DNA of 64,000 nt from Octopus vulgaris. Taxonomy: Eukaryota. The stretch covers positions 73,470,001 through 73,534,000 of the forward strand of contig OX597822.1 of assembly GCA_951406725.2 (NCBI GenBank). Direction: 5' to 3'. Each line of letters opens with the position of its first letter. Position 1 is the first letter of the stretch. Below the pieces are notes generated by a model. The model did no database searches. It was not told the DNA's origin and was given only the letters and a program-made list of their open reading frames with translations. The translations under genes were made by a program, and so were the position numbers. This document shows, piece after piece, positions 43,461 to 56,526 of the stretch.

Positions 43461-44146
43461 TGGAGCCGATGGTACCGATTTATAAGTTGTCGGCTTTCTG
43501 CCTAAATTAGAAACCATCGTTAGGGCGATGGTTTGGCAGAATCATTTGGGCATCGAACAAAATGCCTGGTGGTGTTACGATCCTTTAGGGCGGTGAATCG
43601 GCGGAATTGTTAGCACGCTGGATAAAATGCTTAGCGACATTTCGTCCGTCTTTAAGTTCTAATTTCAAATTCCTCCGGTGTTGACTTTACCTTTCACTCT
43701 TTCGGGGTTGATGAAATAAGTACCTGCTGTGCAGTAGGGTCGATGTATTCGATTAGCCTCTTCTCCTAAAATTTCAGGGCCTTGTGCCAGTAGGAGAAAG
43801 GATATTGCAATCCTTTCATTTCTAAATTTAAATCCATTCGACTTCAACCCTGCCTTTCATTTTTCAGGGGTAATAAAATCAAGTTCTAAGTAAGAACGCG
43901 GGTTTATATAAGCCTACCCTCAAAATTTTCGTTTTGTGTCTGTCCGTCTTTGCGCTCTGGGTGGGGACTAGTCGATTACATCGACCCAATGTTTCACTCG
44001 TACTTATTTCTGCCGAGTTCGACTTTACCTCTCATCCTTTCGGGGTCGACAAATTAAGTACCAGTGAAACACTGGGTCGACGTAATCGACTACTCCCCAC
44101 CTCCTAAAATTTCATGGTTGTGTGCCTTCAGTCGAAAGGATTATTA

Positions 44147-44216
<70 letters not shown>

Positions 44217-44788
44217 TATTATTACTATTATTATTATTACGATTATTATTGAGTGAGAGAGCAGTGCATGCCATCAAAGTGACACTGGGGTAAAATATAC
44301 GAAGCCCAGTATACCCATCATGACTACCCGTCTGATAAGGGTACACCAGGCACATGCATCACAACCATATGTGCGCGACATGGTGATCTCATATCAAGAT
44401 AAACAGTGCATGACCTTGCAGGTGGGGCCCAGTTAGAATTTTCTTCTGGTCGAGTAGCCCATCCCGCTCAAAAGGTCCCTGAATAAGGGTTGTTTAAGGA
44501 TGTTGAATGAAACACCCATATTTCCAGAGGTGAATTATTCAAACCCCACAAAGAATTCCTCTCAACACATGGTTATGATGTTCCGCCACTACTTCTGCTC
44601 GTGATCAGAGATGCACATATCATCAGCCACTAAGCAACATGCTCAACTGGTTGAGGTCAAACAACTGACAAGCAAATCTGTGGTATTGCGCAGAATATTT
44701 GCTGTCGCCCATTTTTTTTTTTTTTTTTTTTTTTATCAAGACAAAACAATGTACATGATAACACTGCCTGGTACTGCAATTATTATTA

Positions 44789-44855
<67 letters not shown>

Positions 44856-44908
44856 CATTATCATTCAGTAGTTTTATTTTATATAACGTGCTTTCACTTC
44901 ACTACCGA

Positions 44909-44948
<40 letters not shown>

Positions 44949-45161
44949 TCATTGATGTATACTGTATACATTTTCTATTTACAACGTATGCTTTCTACAA
45001 TCTCTTTAATTTTCAATTCCTTTTATAATTTATAATTTCATTTCATTGCATGTAAATGCCCACATTTTGTCTGTCGTTGTGTCGTCCTCCACATCCGTCA
45101 CCCCGGTGACAAATAGAAATTGTTGTTGCTATTATTATTATTATTATTATTATTATTGTTA

Positions 45162-45196
<35 letters not shown>

Positions 45197-45963
45197 TCAG
45201 GCTAACTGACGGTTGCGTGTACCAAAATGACGTAAGTTTCAGTAAAAGCTAAAAGCATAAGATCTATAAAACTGTTATGAAGTGATGGTTTACTGGAGTA
45301 AAAGAAATAAAATTCTAAAGCCAAAAAAGTTAAATAAATAATGATAATAATAATACATTGTTATCAGTCTTTTGGTGAAAGTATAGTTTTCGATGGATGG
45401 CTAACTGCGCCATATGGCAATGTTCCCATGTACAGAAATCTGTCCACATTATTCTTCTATTCAATCACCTGACCTGCTAGAAATAGCAACCAAATTTCCC
45501 TCTCAACATCCCTTAGTTCTTTTTCAGAGAAATTTAGGATGACACATTAAGAGAGGCTCATATATAGTAAGTCTGAGGAAAAAGGAGAGAGTGATGTGGC
45601 ATTTTTTTTAACGTAAATGTATTCGTATCAGAATAAAGTTGTATATACGTAATCTTATCTGTAGTGATAAAATATGCACAAAGATATACAAAAACACATG
45701 TACCCTGATAGAGTGTTTAGTTATGGATAACTGGATCCATTCAGAGAAAGAGAAACATTGAGAAAAAGAAATGCTGTTATTAAGAGTTTGGATAATAAAA
45801 GACAATAAGTTGTTGAAAAATCGCTGCAAGCAATACGTTGGATAAAGAGAGGTTCGTAGAAAGAATAGGTCATGTGTGGAAAGACTGTTTCGAGGACACT
45901 GATCGGTGAAGAAAGACATGGTTACGAAGAGGGTTAAATATAGAACCAATATACTATTTATTC

Positions 45964-46265
45964 GTGGAGGCCCAGTGGTTAAGGCAGCGGACTCGCGGTC
46001 GGAGGATCGCGGTTTCGATTCCCAGACCGGGCGTTGTGTGTGTTTATTGAACGAAAACACCTAAAGCTCCACGCGGTGCCAGCAGGGGCGGGGTGACACT
46101 GTTGTACTCTTTCGCCCCAACTTTCTCTCTCTCTCTCTCTCTCTTTCTGTTTCTTAAGTAACGCTGCGATGGACTGGCGTCCCGTCCAGCTGGTGGGGGG
46201 AGGGGCACATACGCCACAGAAACCGGGCCCATGAGCCTTGAAAAGGGCGCATAAATAAATAAATA
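45964..46265 (+). mobile_element. SINE family C variant with 13-bp TSD
   Basis: TSD ATACTATTTATTC at 45951-45963 and 46266-46278; (TAAA)n tail. Confidence 0.85.
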
Positions 46266-46827
46266 ATACTATTTATTCAGGTGGACCCCCAAAGCCATTT
46301 GATGCTTATAAACTAGTTTTATAGGCGGGTGCCACATAAAAAAGCCACCCAATACACTCGGTGAAGTAGACGGCGTTAGGAAGGGCATCCAGTCAGAGAA
46401 ACCACGTCAAAGCAGACAAAAAGCTTGGTGCAGTTCTCTAGCTTGCCGATTCCTGTAAAATCGTCCAACCTATGCTTACATGGAAGACGGACGTTAAATA
46501 AAGATGATGATGATGATAATGATGATGTTAGAGCCAACACGAACAATATAGACATTGTACGCGGGAGAGAATAAGAGAAATGTGAATATACAGCTAAGAG
46601 ACAATAGACTAGGCCTATGTTTAATGAACACGTTTCTCAGTTCGACTTTAAATTGATCAACAAATTTTCAAATAGCTCATATAGCAAAATAGCTCATCAG
46701 ATGGTCAAACTGACATTGAACATGGTTTTGGACCGTCAAGACTAATGACGAAATGCTGTTTCGCACACTGGACGTTCAATACCACAAGCAGAAGGAGACA
46801 CAGATTTTAAAGGACAAGACTAATATA

Positions 46828-47248
46828 CTCTTTTACTTGTTTCAGTCATTTGACTGTGGCCATGCTGGAGCACCGCCTTTAGTCGGGCAAATCGACCCCA
46901 GGACTTATTCTTTGTAAGCCTAGTACTTATTCTATCGGTCTCTTTTGCCGAACCGCTAAGTTACAGGGACGTAAACACACCAGCATCGGTTGTCAAGCGA
47001 TGTTGTGAGGACAAACACAGACACACAAACATACACAAACACACACACACACAGAAACACACGACGGGCTTCTTTCTGTTTCCGTCTACCAAATCCACTC
47101 ACAAGACTTTGATCGGCCTTGTGAGTGAATTTCAATACAGAGCAAATAATTCACGAGAAAAGCTACTTACCACACAGCCACTCCTACGCTTATATGTATA
47201 TAATTTTATGGAAATATATATGCTTATTGATATATTTGTGTGTGTTAC

Positions 47249-47283
<35 letters not shown>

Positions 47284-47600
47284 CTCACCAACCACATGGT
47301 TCTGGGTTTAGTCACACTGTGTGGCACCTTGTGCAAGTGTCTTCTACTATAGCCTCAGGCCGGCCAAAGCCTTGTGAGTGGATTTGGTAGACGGAAACTG
47401 AAAGAAGCCCGTCGAATATATGTATATGTATATTTTTTTGTGTCTGTGTTTGCCCCACCAACAACCGATGCTGGTGTGTTTACGTCCCCGTCACTTAGCG
47501 ATAGAATAAGTACTAGGCTTACAAAGAATGAGTCCTAGGGTCAATTTACTCGACTAAAGGCGGTGCTAAATGACTGAAACAAATAAAAGAGTAAAAGAAT
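46828..47600. mobile_element. Two SINE family A copies in head-to-head inverted arrangement (46828-47190 -, 47283-47600 +)
   Basis: Both match family A; separated by ~90 bp including (TA)n. Confidence 0.8.
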
Positions 47601-47608
47601 AAAAGAAC

Positions 47609-47649
<41 letters not shown>

Positions 47650-47652
47650 CAT

Positions 47653-47693
<41 letters not shown>

Positions 47694-47697
47694 AACA

Positions 47698-47786
<89 letters not shown>

Positions 47787-48078
47787 AGGTTTGGAGATGA
47801 TGTACAGGTATTATATATTAGAAGAAATGAGGTAATCAGAAGATCGGATGGTTCATATTTACAGATATTTATTTATATATTACATTTTTTACATATATAT
47901 ATCATATCATTCAGATCATTAGCGCTTTTTCCCATTCTAGTGGGGTTTTCAAATCAAAATAATTCCTTTGTGGGGAATTTTAATCATTTTATAGAGTTTC
48001 ATAGTGGTGGGGAGGAACAAGACAGCACAAGAGGGTGAAGTGGATGAGGAGGAAATGAGAGAGAGAACATGTGTGTAT

Positions 48079-48154
<76 letters not shown>

Positions 48155-48219
48155 TTGTATCTGAGGCTAAAGAGAAAGAGGGGAAGGGAGAGGGAAGAAG
48201 AAGAAGGATTTCAAATGAG

Positions 48220-49200
48220 AGACTAAGTATGTCTACCTGCTGGAAATAACAGTCAAGACTCTTATTTAAATCGCCAAAACACACTGATAATAACTACAGG
48301 AATCAACTGTCCGAAGGCAAACGGGCGACGAAAATATCTCTGCATACATTCAAGTGTTTGGACTCACATGGACTGATTTCTGAACTGGTATAATAGCCGC
48401 AGCCTCCTCAGCAGGCGTTAACGTGATGGAGATCCCCAACCCGTCGCGTTGAAGTCTACGCTGCAACTGATTCCAAATAATTCACGAAAAAATATTTGTG
48501 AAGATATCATTGACTCTATTATTATCTAGTGTAACAATTTAAAAATGATAATAACAGAATCAATAATATAGGTAATTGCAGACCCAACAAAAAAGCATTA
48601 AATAACTGAAAGATTAAAATTAATTGAAGGAGATACTAAGTATGTCTACCTGCTGTAAATAACAGTCAAAACTCTTATTTAAATCACTAAAATACACTGA
48701 TAATAACTACAGAAATCAACCGTCCGAAGGCACACGAGCTAAGACAATCTCTCAGCAAATATTCAAGTATTTGGACTTACGTGGACCTGTTTCTTGACTG
48801 GCATACTAGCGACGGGCTGGGGATCTCCATCATAGAAACGAATACTGGGGAAGCTGAGACTATTATGTCAGTCCAGGAACCAGTCCACATGAGTCCAAAT
48901 ACTTGAATGTATGTTGAGAGGTTATCTTAGCCCATTTGCCTTCGGACGGTTGATTTCTGTAATTATTATCAGTGTATTTTGGCGATTTAAATAAGATTTT
49001 TGACTGTTATTTCCAGCAGGTAGACATACTTGGTATGTCATTTGATTAATTTTAATCTTTCAACTATTTGATGCTTTGGTGGGCGGGGGGGGTCTGCAAT
49101 CGCCTATATTATTGAATCTGCTATTATCGTTTTTAAATTGTTATACTAGATAATAATAGAGTCAATGATATCTTCACAAATATTTTCTCGTGAATTATTT
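48220..49200. repeat. Compound direct plus inverted repeat element
   Basis: 48222-48390 repeated directly at 48635-48802; 48476-48802 inverted at 48868-49200. Confidence 0.9.
48365..48418 (-). ncRNA. Hammerhead ribozyme motif within a fold-back element
   Basis: GCCTG-CTGAGGA-GGCTG...CAGTT-CA-GAAA-TCA-GTC-CATGT. Confidence 0.58.
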
Positions 49201-49234
49201 GCTCCGTATATGTATGCATATGTGTGTATGTATG

Positions 49235-49298
<64 letters not shown>

Positions 49299-49391
49299 AT
49301 CCAAACAAGAAAGCACAAAATACACAACAACGCAAGGACGTGGAACAAATATAGTATTATTGGACGCTCAGGAAAATAGGAAAGAAGGAGG

Positions 49392-49426
49392 GTTTAACGT
49401 TTCGAGCGGAGCTCTTCGTCGGAAAC
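49392..49426 (-). ncRNA. Ultra-minimal hammerhead motif (U4C variant)
   Basis: GTTT-CCGACGA-A-GAGC-TCC-GCTC-GAAA-CG-TT-AAAC. Confidence 0.65.
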
Positions 49427-50204
49427 ATAGGAGAAGGAAAGATCCAGAGGAGGGAAGACAGAGGGGAAAAAAATCGCCAACGGTACACACGCGGTCACAT
49501 TTTGAATGACCGGAAGGAAATGGGTGAAGAAAAGTTCTTTCAAAGACAGGAGAGTGGTAGAGGAGGAGGAATGTGTGTGTAAGTGTGGATATGTGCGGAC
49601 GCGGAGGTCTGCGTGTGCGTGTGTGTGTATGTGTACAATGATAACACGTGTGTGTGTGTTTATGTGTGTGTGGTTGTGGCTGTTAATCTTTGCGTGTTGT
49701 AGGGCTAGTAGTGTTTAAGGTCAAGGAAGAAGGAATTGGGAGTGGCTCCTTTTGTCTCTACCACAGGTCAGTAGTAGGTACTGCTAGTTTGAAGTATGTG
49801 TGTGTGTGCGTGTATGTATATGCATCGTGTGTGTGTTTTGTTTGTAGTGTGTGTATGTGTGTGTTCGTGTGTGTATGCATAGAGTTTGGGTGTGTGGCGA
49901 ATAACTGTGCTTTACTTAGTGTATGTGTGCGTGTGTGCTTGTGCGTATGGGATGTATGTGTGGGTTCATTTGTGTGTGTGTGTGTATGTATGTGCGTGCG
50001 TGTGTCTTATGTGCGTGTACGTGTGCGTTTGTATGTGTGCGCATGTGTCTGTGTCTATATGTGTATACGTATGTGTATGTGTGTGCGCGTGTAAGCATAT
50101 ATTGTGTGTATGTATATGTATCGGTGTGTATGTGAATTTGTATATATATATATATATATTATATATATATATATATTTGTGTGTGTGTGTGTGTGTATAC
50201 ATAT

Positions 50205-50620
50205 ATATACTTACGTATAGGATCAAAAAGAGGTACGTCGCCGCTTATGTACATATGTAAAAGTAAAAAAATACAAACTGGGACAAGAACGTGAAACATT
50301 TAGAAGACGACACAAAAAAAAAACACGGACGGGACATTCGAAGCCTTCAATATTCAGTCAAGAACTGGATCATCTTCGCAATTTCGGCTGATTAATCTTG
50401 AGATTGCTCCGACCTGGCCAGCCCCAAAGGAAAATCTAAGCCAAGCGCATTAGATTCCTTGGAAGAAAGCCTCGAATGTATACAAAACAAGGACGGAAAA
50501 TGGACGATGTTACACGAATAAGAATACAAAAATACGTAAAAACAAAATGATAATAATAACAACAAAAACAGGACGTCACAGACAAGCGTCTTTTCGACAG
50601 GACGAGTAAAGTTTTGAGCT
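50205..50620. mobile_element. Unclassified interspersed repeat, possibly PLE pLTR-derived; second copy at 62180-62480 and 62788-62875
   Basis: Shared GCAATTTCGGCTG...GAGATTGCTCC...TGGCCAGCCCCAAAG...TAGATTCCTTG; the 62-kb copy repeats its own start (ATACAAAAATG(A/G)GACAAGAATGCA). Confidence 0.6.
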
Positions 50621-50645
50621 GGCGATATATATATATATATATATA

Positions 50646-51017
50646 CTAGCAGTATCGCCCGGCGTTGCTCGGGTTTGTAATGGAAATAACTATAAAGCAT
50701 TTTTAGAGAGTTATAGCCAAAAAATAGCAAAAAAATGGGGAAAAAATTATGGTAATTTTTTTTTGAGAGTTAAAAAGGTCGAGTTGCGTCCCCTAGACCA
50801 TCTGTGGTTTGTGTTTCTGATTGTCGACCCCATGTCGAATTTATCGATCTTTTTCAGAACTGGGAGAACTTTTCAAAATTTTCGCTGCGTTAGTTTTGAA
50901 TTATGACATTGGGCTATGTGTGTGTCAAGTTTCATCAGAATCGGTTGAAAGCCGTGGTCAGGGTGAGAGTACAACCTAACAGACACACAGACAAACTGCC
51001 GTTTATATATAGAGAGA
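50646..51017 (-). mobile_element. Non-autonomous Helitron
   Basis: Minus strand 5' TC(TCTCTATATATAAAC), 3' hairpin CCCGAGCAACGCCGGG then CTAG, inserted between A and T in (AT)n. Confidence 0.88.
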
Positions 51018-51022
51018 TATAT

Positions 51023-51536
51023 ATACAAGATAAGAAAATGGAGAAATACATCTAAATCAAATATCAATTACCAGATAATACTCAATCACATACTTTATTA
51101 AACCACCATATAAGAGATTGTAGGGTTAAACATAAAAAAGCAGAACAAATCAGTGTACATAAAGGAATGTACATAAAAAAGTGTAGATAAAAGAGTAATG
51201 TTGTATAATAAGTAGAATATATATAAAAAAGAGAATATAAATAAAAGTAAGTATAAATATAAATATAAGTATAGCTGTAAGATGTAATCTATACTTATAT
51301 TTATATTTACTTATATGTATATTCTCTTTTTTTATATATATTCTACTTATTATACATCATTACTCTTTTATCTACACTTTTTTATGTACATTCCTTTATG
51401 TACACTGATTTGTTCTGCTTTTTTTATGTTTAACCCTACAGTCTCTTATATGGTGGTTTAATAAAGTATGTGATTGAGTAGTATCTGGTAATTGATATTT
51501 GATTTAGATGTATTTCTCCATTTTCTTATCTTGTAT
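51023..51536. repeat. Long hairpin (~250-bp arms, 14-nt loop)
   Basis: 51023-51274 vs 51289-51536 reverse-complementary with a few mismatches and indels. Confidence 0.95.
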
Positions 51537-52013
51537 TAGTAATTTGTGGTAAATCATTTTACCTTTGCCCATATAATACAGTAAATGAATTGATTGCATC
51601 GCAATCCTTAACATTTATGTATTAACTTTGTTGGGTACTTCACTAGCAGTATATTGGATATATATTATTCCATGGAGGGTTGCATTTACAACCCCTATCT
51701 CAATTTATATATATATATATATATATATAACTGCATGTGACTATCCTCTGCCAATCAAATCCAATTCAAAACAAACTCACATACTAATTTGAGCCATGAA
51801 CTCCCTATAAAAATAAGGGCAAGTTTCAAACACTAAGAAGCAAGGGAGCTGCGACATAAGCCACGTCTTTCTATTTGAACCTTTTGAAAATCAGTGTAAA
51901 CTGTGAAACCTGTTAAAGCTTCAGATATATTAATAAAAAGTATTTTAACTATTCCCATTGCATTTTCAACTGTTTTTCCTATATTTCTACCCATGTGGAA
52001 TAAAACAACATTC

Positions 52014-52437
52014 GGCAATCTTTCGTCTCTAGTAGACCTTTCCGTCGATTTCCGTAAAAATTTTTTTTTTTTTTTTTACATATGGGCTTGCGGGAACTTT
52101 TGAAGTAATGAGGAGACTAAGAGAAAGCGATTGTATGACGAGGGAAATTCTTTTGAAGTTACCGTGCATGGGAAGCATTGATGTACATGTGTGTGTGTGT
52201 GTGTGTGTTTGATGGGGTGTGGGAGACAGACAGTATGTTGTGTAAGTGAAGTGCTTCTGTTAGTGTGTGTGAAGAGACAGAGTAATGTGTGAAAGAAAGA
52301 GATAACTGAAATTTTTTACTCGGTGTATGTGTATATGTATGTATATTACTTCAAAAGTTCCCGCAAGCCCATATGTAAAAAAAAAAATTTTTTTTACGGA
52401 AATCAACGGAAAGGTCTACTAGAGACGAAAGATCGCC
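52014..52437. mobile_element. MITE with ~95-bp TIRs, Merlin-like
   Basis: TIRs 52014-52109 and ~52345-52437 starting GGCAA/GGCGA; 8-bp TSD CAACATTC / CAACTTTC. Confidence 0.7.
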
Positions 52438-52879
52438 CAACTTTCTGATCATGTGTGTGTGTGATGGCCGTCCACTTGTGACCGAGAAAGGTCATTGCTG
52501 ACCTTCAGGAACATTGTGCACACTAGGACTAATATTTTGCATTTGCGGCTCCGTTGGTGGCTAATGAGCGCTGCCTTTGACAAGCATACACGACTGCAAA
52601 CCCAGCAAAACGTGTAAGGTATATTGAGTACACGAACGGACGAAAGACAGGTAGAAAAGATCCCTAATTCTTAATAATTTATCAGCCAGGTGGTATTACT
52701 CAGTTTCTTACAATATATTTTTTTTTCATTTAAGTACCGGAACGCAACCCCGGCTTTTATTTTAGTAAGTTATTTATATACCCGTGCGACTCTATTTCTA
52801 GCCTTTCTTCTGTCTCCTTTTCCTCCCCCACTATCCCTTGTTTTCTCTCTGTCTCTTTCTCTCTCACTCTTACTCTCTT

Positions 52880-53095
52880 TCTCCTCTGCCTGCTGCTGAC
52901 ACATGACCCGTGGCCAGGTTTCTCACTTCCCTTGTTTTCTATCTGTCGCTCTCTCTCTCTCTCTCTCTCTTGCCCTCTTTCTCCTCTGCCTGCTGCTGAC
53001 ACGTGACCCGTGGCCAGGTTTCTCACTTCCCTTGTTTTCTATCTGTCGCTCTCTCTCCTCTGCCTGCTGCTGATATGTGACCCATGGCCAGCCTT
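52880..53095 (+). repeat. Three tandem copies of a ~75-100-bp unit inside an element with diverged inverted ends (52620-52710 / 53400-53490)
   Basis: TCTCCTCTGCCTGCTGCTGACAC(A/G)TGACCCGTGGCCAG repeated. Confidence 0.8.
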
Positions 53096-53857
53096 TCTTT
53101 TTCTCTTCTTTTACACTGGTTGCATAGCTGACTTGTCCTAAATTCTCTGTGTCCCACTGACACGCTATGCTATTTGTTGTTTTTCTAATCGTGTCTTTTT
53201 GGCCCTGGGGCTATATTTTGCTCGTCTCTAATTTATTTCATCTTTGTTCTTTGTCCATCGTCTTAAATTACGTTTATTCACTTTCGTATCTCATTTCTGT
53301 CACTTGTTATCCATGTATTGTTTGCTCTCGATCCTATATTCTCTGCAACTTTCGCGGGCACCTCTAGCATGAGAAGCCCCTTAGTCTTATCATTAATGGT
53401 GCAAAACTGAGTAATACTATCTGGTTGATAACTGATGAAGAATTGGGGATCTTCTGCGTCTGTCTTCCGTCCGTTTCTGCACTTATACATTTTTTACTTG
53501 TTTGTGTATTTGCAATACATTTTCTTTTATTTGTGTATTTACAATCCATTTTTCATTTGTGTGTGTGTGTGTGTATTTTGTGTAAACAAGATTCAGTTGA
53601 ATAAGGTACTTAAAGTTGAGACATCTAGTTAGGTCGGAATAAAAGGCACACACAACAATTTTTATATGAATACCAACCTTGGCACAGAAGTACTAGTAGA
53701 ATGATATTCGGGTAACGTATGCATTCAATTTGAGTATATATTCCGTTCTTGAGCTGTTCAGAGATGTATATTTTATTAAATATACAATTCATAATATACA
53801 AATCCATGTTTTGAGATAGGTGAATTAAAAATAATTAACAATTGAAGGTTAGGTGTT

Positions 53858-53946
53858 AGTCCATTACGGCCGTTTCTAAAGAATATTTTAATTGATTAAT
53901 GAGTACACTATATTAGTATAAAGAAACCGTTTTCCTCAGCTGAATA
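53858..53946 (-). ncRNA. Hammerhead motif, same family as 21043-21129, stem II decayed
   Basis: CTGAGGA...GAAA-CGGCCG-TA; flank 53588-53612 resembles 20572-20596. Confidence 0.55.
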
Positions 53947-54189
53947 CATGAATCTTACAATCAAGGACATTCAAAATGATTTATAAAAATAATTTAAAAT
54001 CTATGGCAACATGAATACGCAATGATTCTTTTACCAATTCAGTCGCAGAATGAGTTTACCAAAACAATGTACGTTTAATCTGTTCAGGGGGAAGGGATTT
54101 TAGAAATATATAGGGATTAGTTGGGTTGTTATCGAGTGGGAAGGGTTAAGTGACCTAATTGTCCCCACTACCAATATATATTTTGTTTC

Positions 54190-54705
54190 TTTTAGTTTCA
54201 GTCCAAGGACTGCGGCCACTGTTTACTTTGCTACACTTTCACTGAACCTTCTCTGATGTTTGATATTTGGTGGATGAGGGAGTTTGACGTTGCTGCCCTC
54301 ATCTGTGTTTCTTACCTTGTGGTACGCTCATCCGGAACTCTTGACAGGAGATCTAGTTTTGTTTTGAAAAAGCCTACATTCACGCCATGCAGATCTCAGG
54401 CTTTGTGGGAGGATATTGAAGAGCTGTGGGCCTTTGCAGCCCAAGCTGTTGCAGTATCTGGTTCTGTATCCTTATGGCAATGTTGGGGGTTTTGGTACTA
54501 TGCAGTGGCGACCCGTCCTGCAGTTTACGCAGCTAACAATGCCAAAGTTTGGCACAAGTTTTTCTAGGATTTTCCAGATGTATATTACTGCCTATCTTTC
54601 CTGCTTTCACTCCATTAGCTAAAAGGTCGCATTGTGTCGATCTGCTTCGTATAGCTTCGCTGGAAAGACTCGAATTCCGTCGTTAATTTTACAGTTTGCT
54701 GACCA
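54190..54705 (-). mobile_element. Older decayed copy of the same CR1/L2-group LINE 3' end
   Basis: Reverse-complement similarity to 29460-30040 (FESFQRSYTK...). Confidence 0.8.
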
Positions 54706-54799
54706 GTCAGCATTACATCCTTTTCTTCGATGTTGGTGTAATTAATTGTTACTGCATCCCGTTCAGCTTCTATAGCAGCAAAGAATTCTACAGGTTTGT

Positions 54800-55627
54800 T
54801 AACATGCGAAGGCTTCAAAGAAATGAAGTTAATATGCTAATGCGCTGGTATAGTCACGTGGTGCATATGGACGAGGGCAGCTGTGTAAAGAAGTGCCAAA
54901 CTCTAACTGTGGAGGGAACCAGTGGAAGATGTAGACCCAGGAAGATATGGGACGAGGTGGTGAAGCATGACCTTCGAATGTTGGGCCTCACGGAAAGGAT
55001 GACAAGTGACTGAGACCGAGGAGATTCGTCGAGCCAAGAGAAATATTAGTTGTGGTTGTTGTTGTTGGTGTCCTGTAAATGGCAACCGTGAAATCGAAAT
55101 TGTGGCCGTTGCCAGTAGCATGATCTTCGAATGTTGGGCCTCACGGAAAGGATGACAAGTGACTGAGACCTTTGGCGATATGTTGTGCTTGAGGAGACTC
55201 ATCAAGCTAAGAGAAATACTAGTTGTGGTTGTTGGTGTCATGTAAATGGCAACCGTAAAATTATAATCGTTGCTAGGAGCAGGATCTTCGAATGTTGGGC
55301 CCCACAGAGGCATGGGACGAGGTGGAAAAGCATGATCTTTGAACGTTGGGCCTCACGGAGACAAGTAACCGAGACCTTTGGCGATATTCTGTGCTCGAGA
55401 AGACTCGTCAAGCCAAGAGGAATCATAATCGTGATCGTTGTGCAAATGTTACCTGTGCCGGTGGCACGTAAAATGCACCCATTACACTTTTGGAGTGGTT
55501 AGCATAAGGAAGGCCATCCAGCCGTAGAAACCTTGACGGTAATCTGGTGCAGCTCTCCAGCTTACCGGTCCCAATCAAACCGTCTAAACAATGCCAGCAT
55601 GGAAAGCAGACGTTGAATGATGATGAT
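54800..55627 (+). mobile_element. RTE-clade LINE 3' end with internal tandem duplications and (GAT)n tail
   Basis: RWYSHVVHMDEGSCVKKC...GRCRPRKIWDEVVKHDL; 3' UTR AAGGCCATCCAGCCGTAGAAACC...GACGTTGAATGATGATG; another 3' UTR piece at 46325-46527. Confidence 0.85.
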
Positions 55628-56526
55628 TTGACTGCGGCCATGATGGAGCATCTTTAGACGATCAAACTGACCCCAGGACTTATTCTTTATAAACCTAGTA
55701 ATTATCCTATCGGCCTTTTTTGCCGAACCGCTACGTTACTGGGACATAAACACACCAACATCGGTTGTCAAGCGATGTTGTAGGGACATAGACACACATT
55801 TTCACTGAAAATACAAACATATATGTGAGTATATATACAACCTTCAACAAAGTAACAGTCATGTACACAACTTGGACGGACATACGTTCACATACACATA
55901 CACATGTACACACTCTCACAGACGCGTCTGCCCATTCTCCTAGACACTCACATACATACATAGCACATGAGTACACACATACATACATACCTACCTACGT
56001 ATGGGCATACACACGTACATGTACGCACACACACACATGGGCACATGCATACGTGCGCGTATACATACATACGCACATGTGTACGTATGTACATACATAC
56101 ATACGTACATACATACATACGCACATACATACGTATATATATTTGACCTGAACTAACTAGATGTAAGGAGGGAAAAAAAATACAAGTAACAGTAAAACAA
56201 AAGTTCTGTGATATAGAGATAAATGTCTGATAATAGGTTTTTAGGGTTTTGTTTTGTTTTCGGTGGGGTGAGGGTCGTAAATTACTTCCCAGTTTCGGCG
56301 GGGGGTGGGTGAAATTTGATATTATTGTGATGAGTGATCAGTCTACATCTATCCATCACTACAGGTTTATAGCTTTATGTTTATAGTGTGTATGTGCGTG
56401 CATATACACACATATACATACATACACAGGCGTATGTACGTACATACATACATGCGTGTATACATACACACATACATACGTACCTGTGACGAACTAACTG
56501 TTACTTTCTCAGATGCAGCACGGATT

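Larger units (their letters stand above)
41403..44140 (+). mobile_element. Dense cluster of about 7 SINE family B copies, interleaved with Tc1/mariner fragments
   Basis: Repeated family B head and core at ~41403, 41636, 41925, 42147, 42380, 43588, 44010. Confidence 0.75.

Noticed and set aside
50330-50420. Hammerhead in the 50.3/62.3-kb repeat family
   Set aside because: A GAAA box is present on the minus strand but no correctly placed CUGANGA in either copy
53400-53445. Hammerhead from AAACTGAGTA...CTGATGA
   Set aside because: Stems I and II could not be paired convincingly; left as an unclassified inverted-end element
54960-55440. Regularly spaced repeats resembling a CRISPR array (also 52880-53095)
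   Set aside because: Eukaryotic context; whole units are duplicated with no unique spacers and no cas genes; these are tandem duplications within transposon sequence
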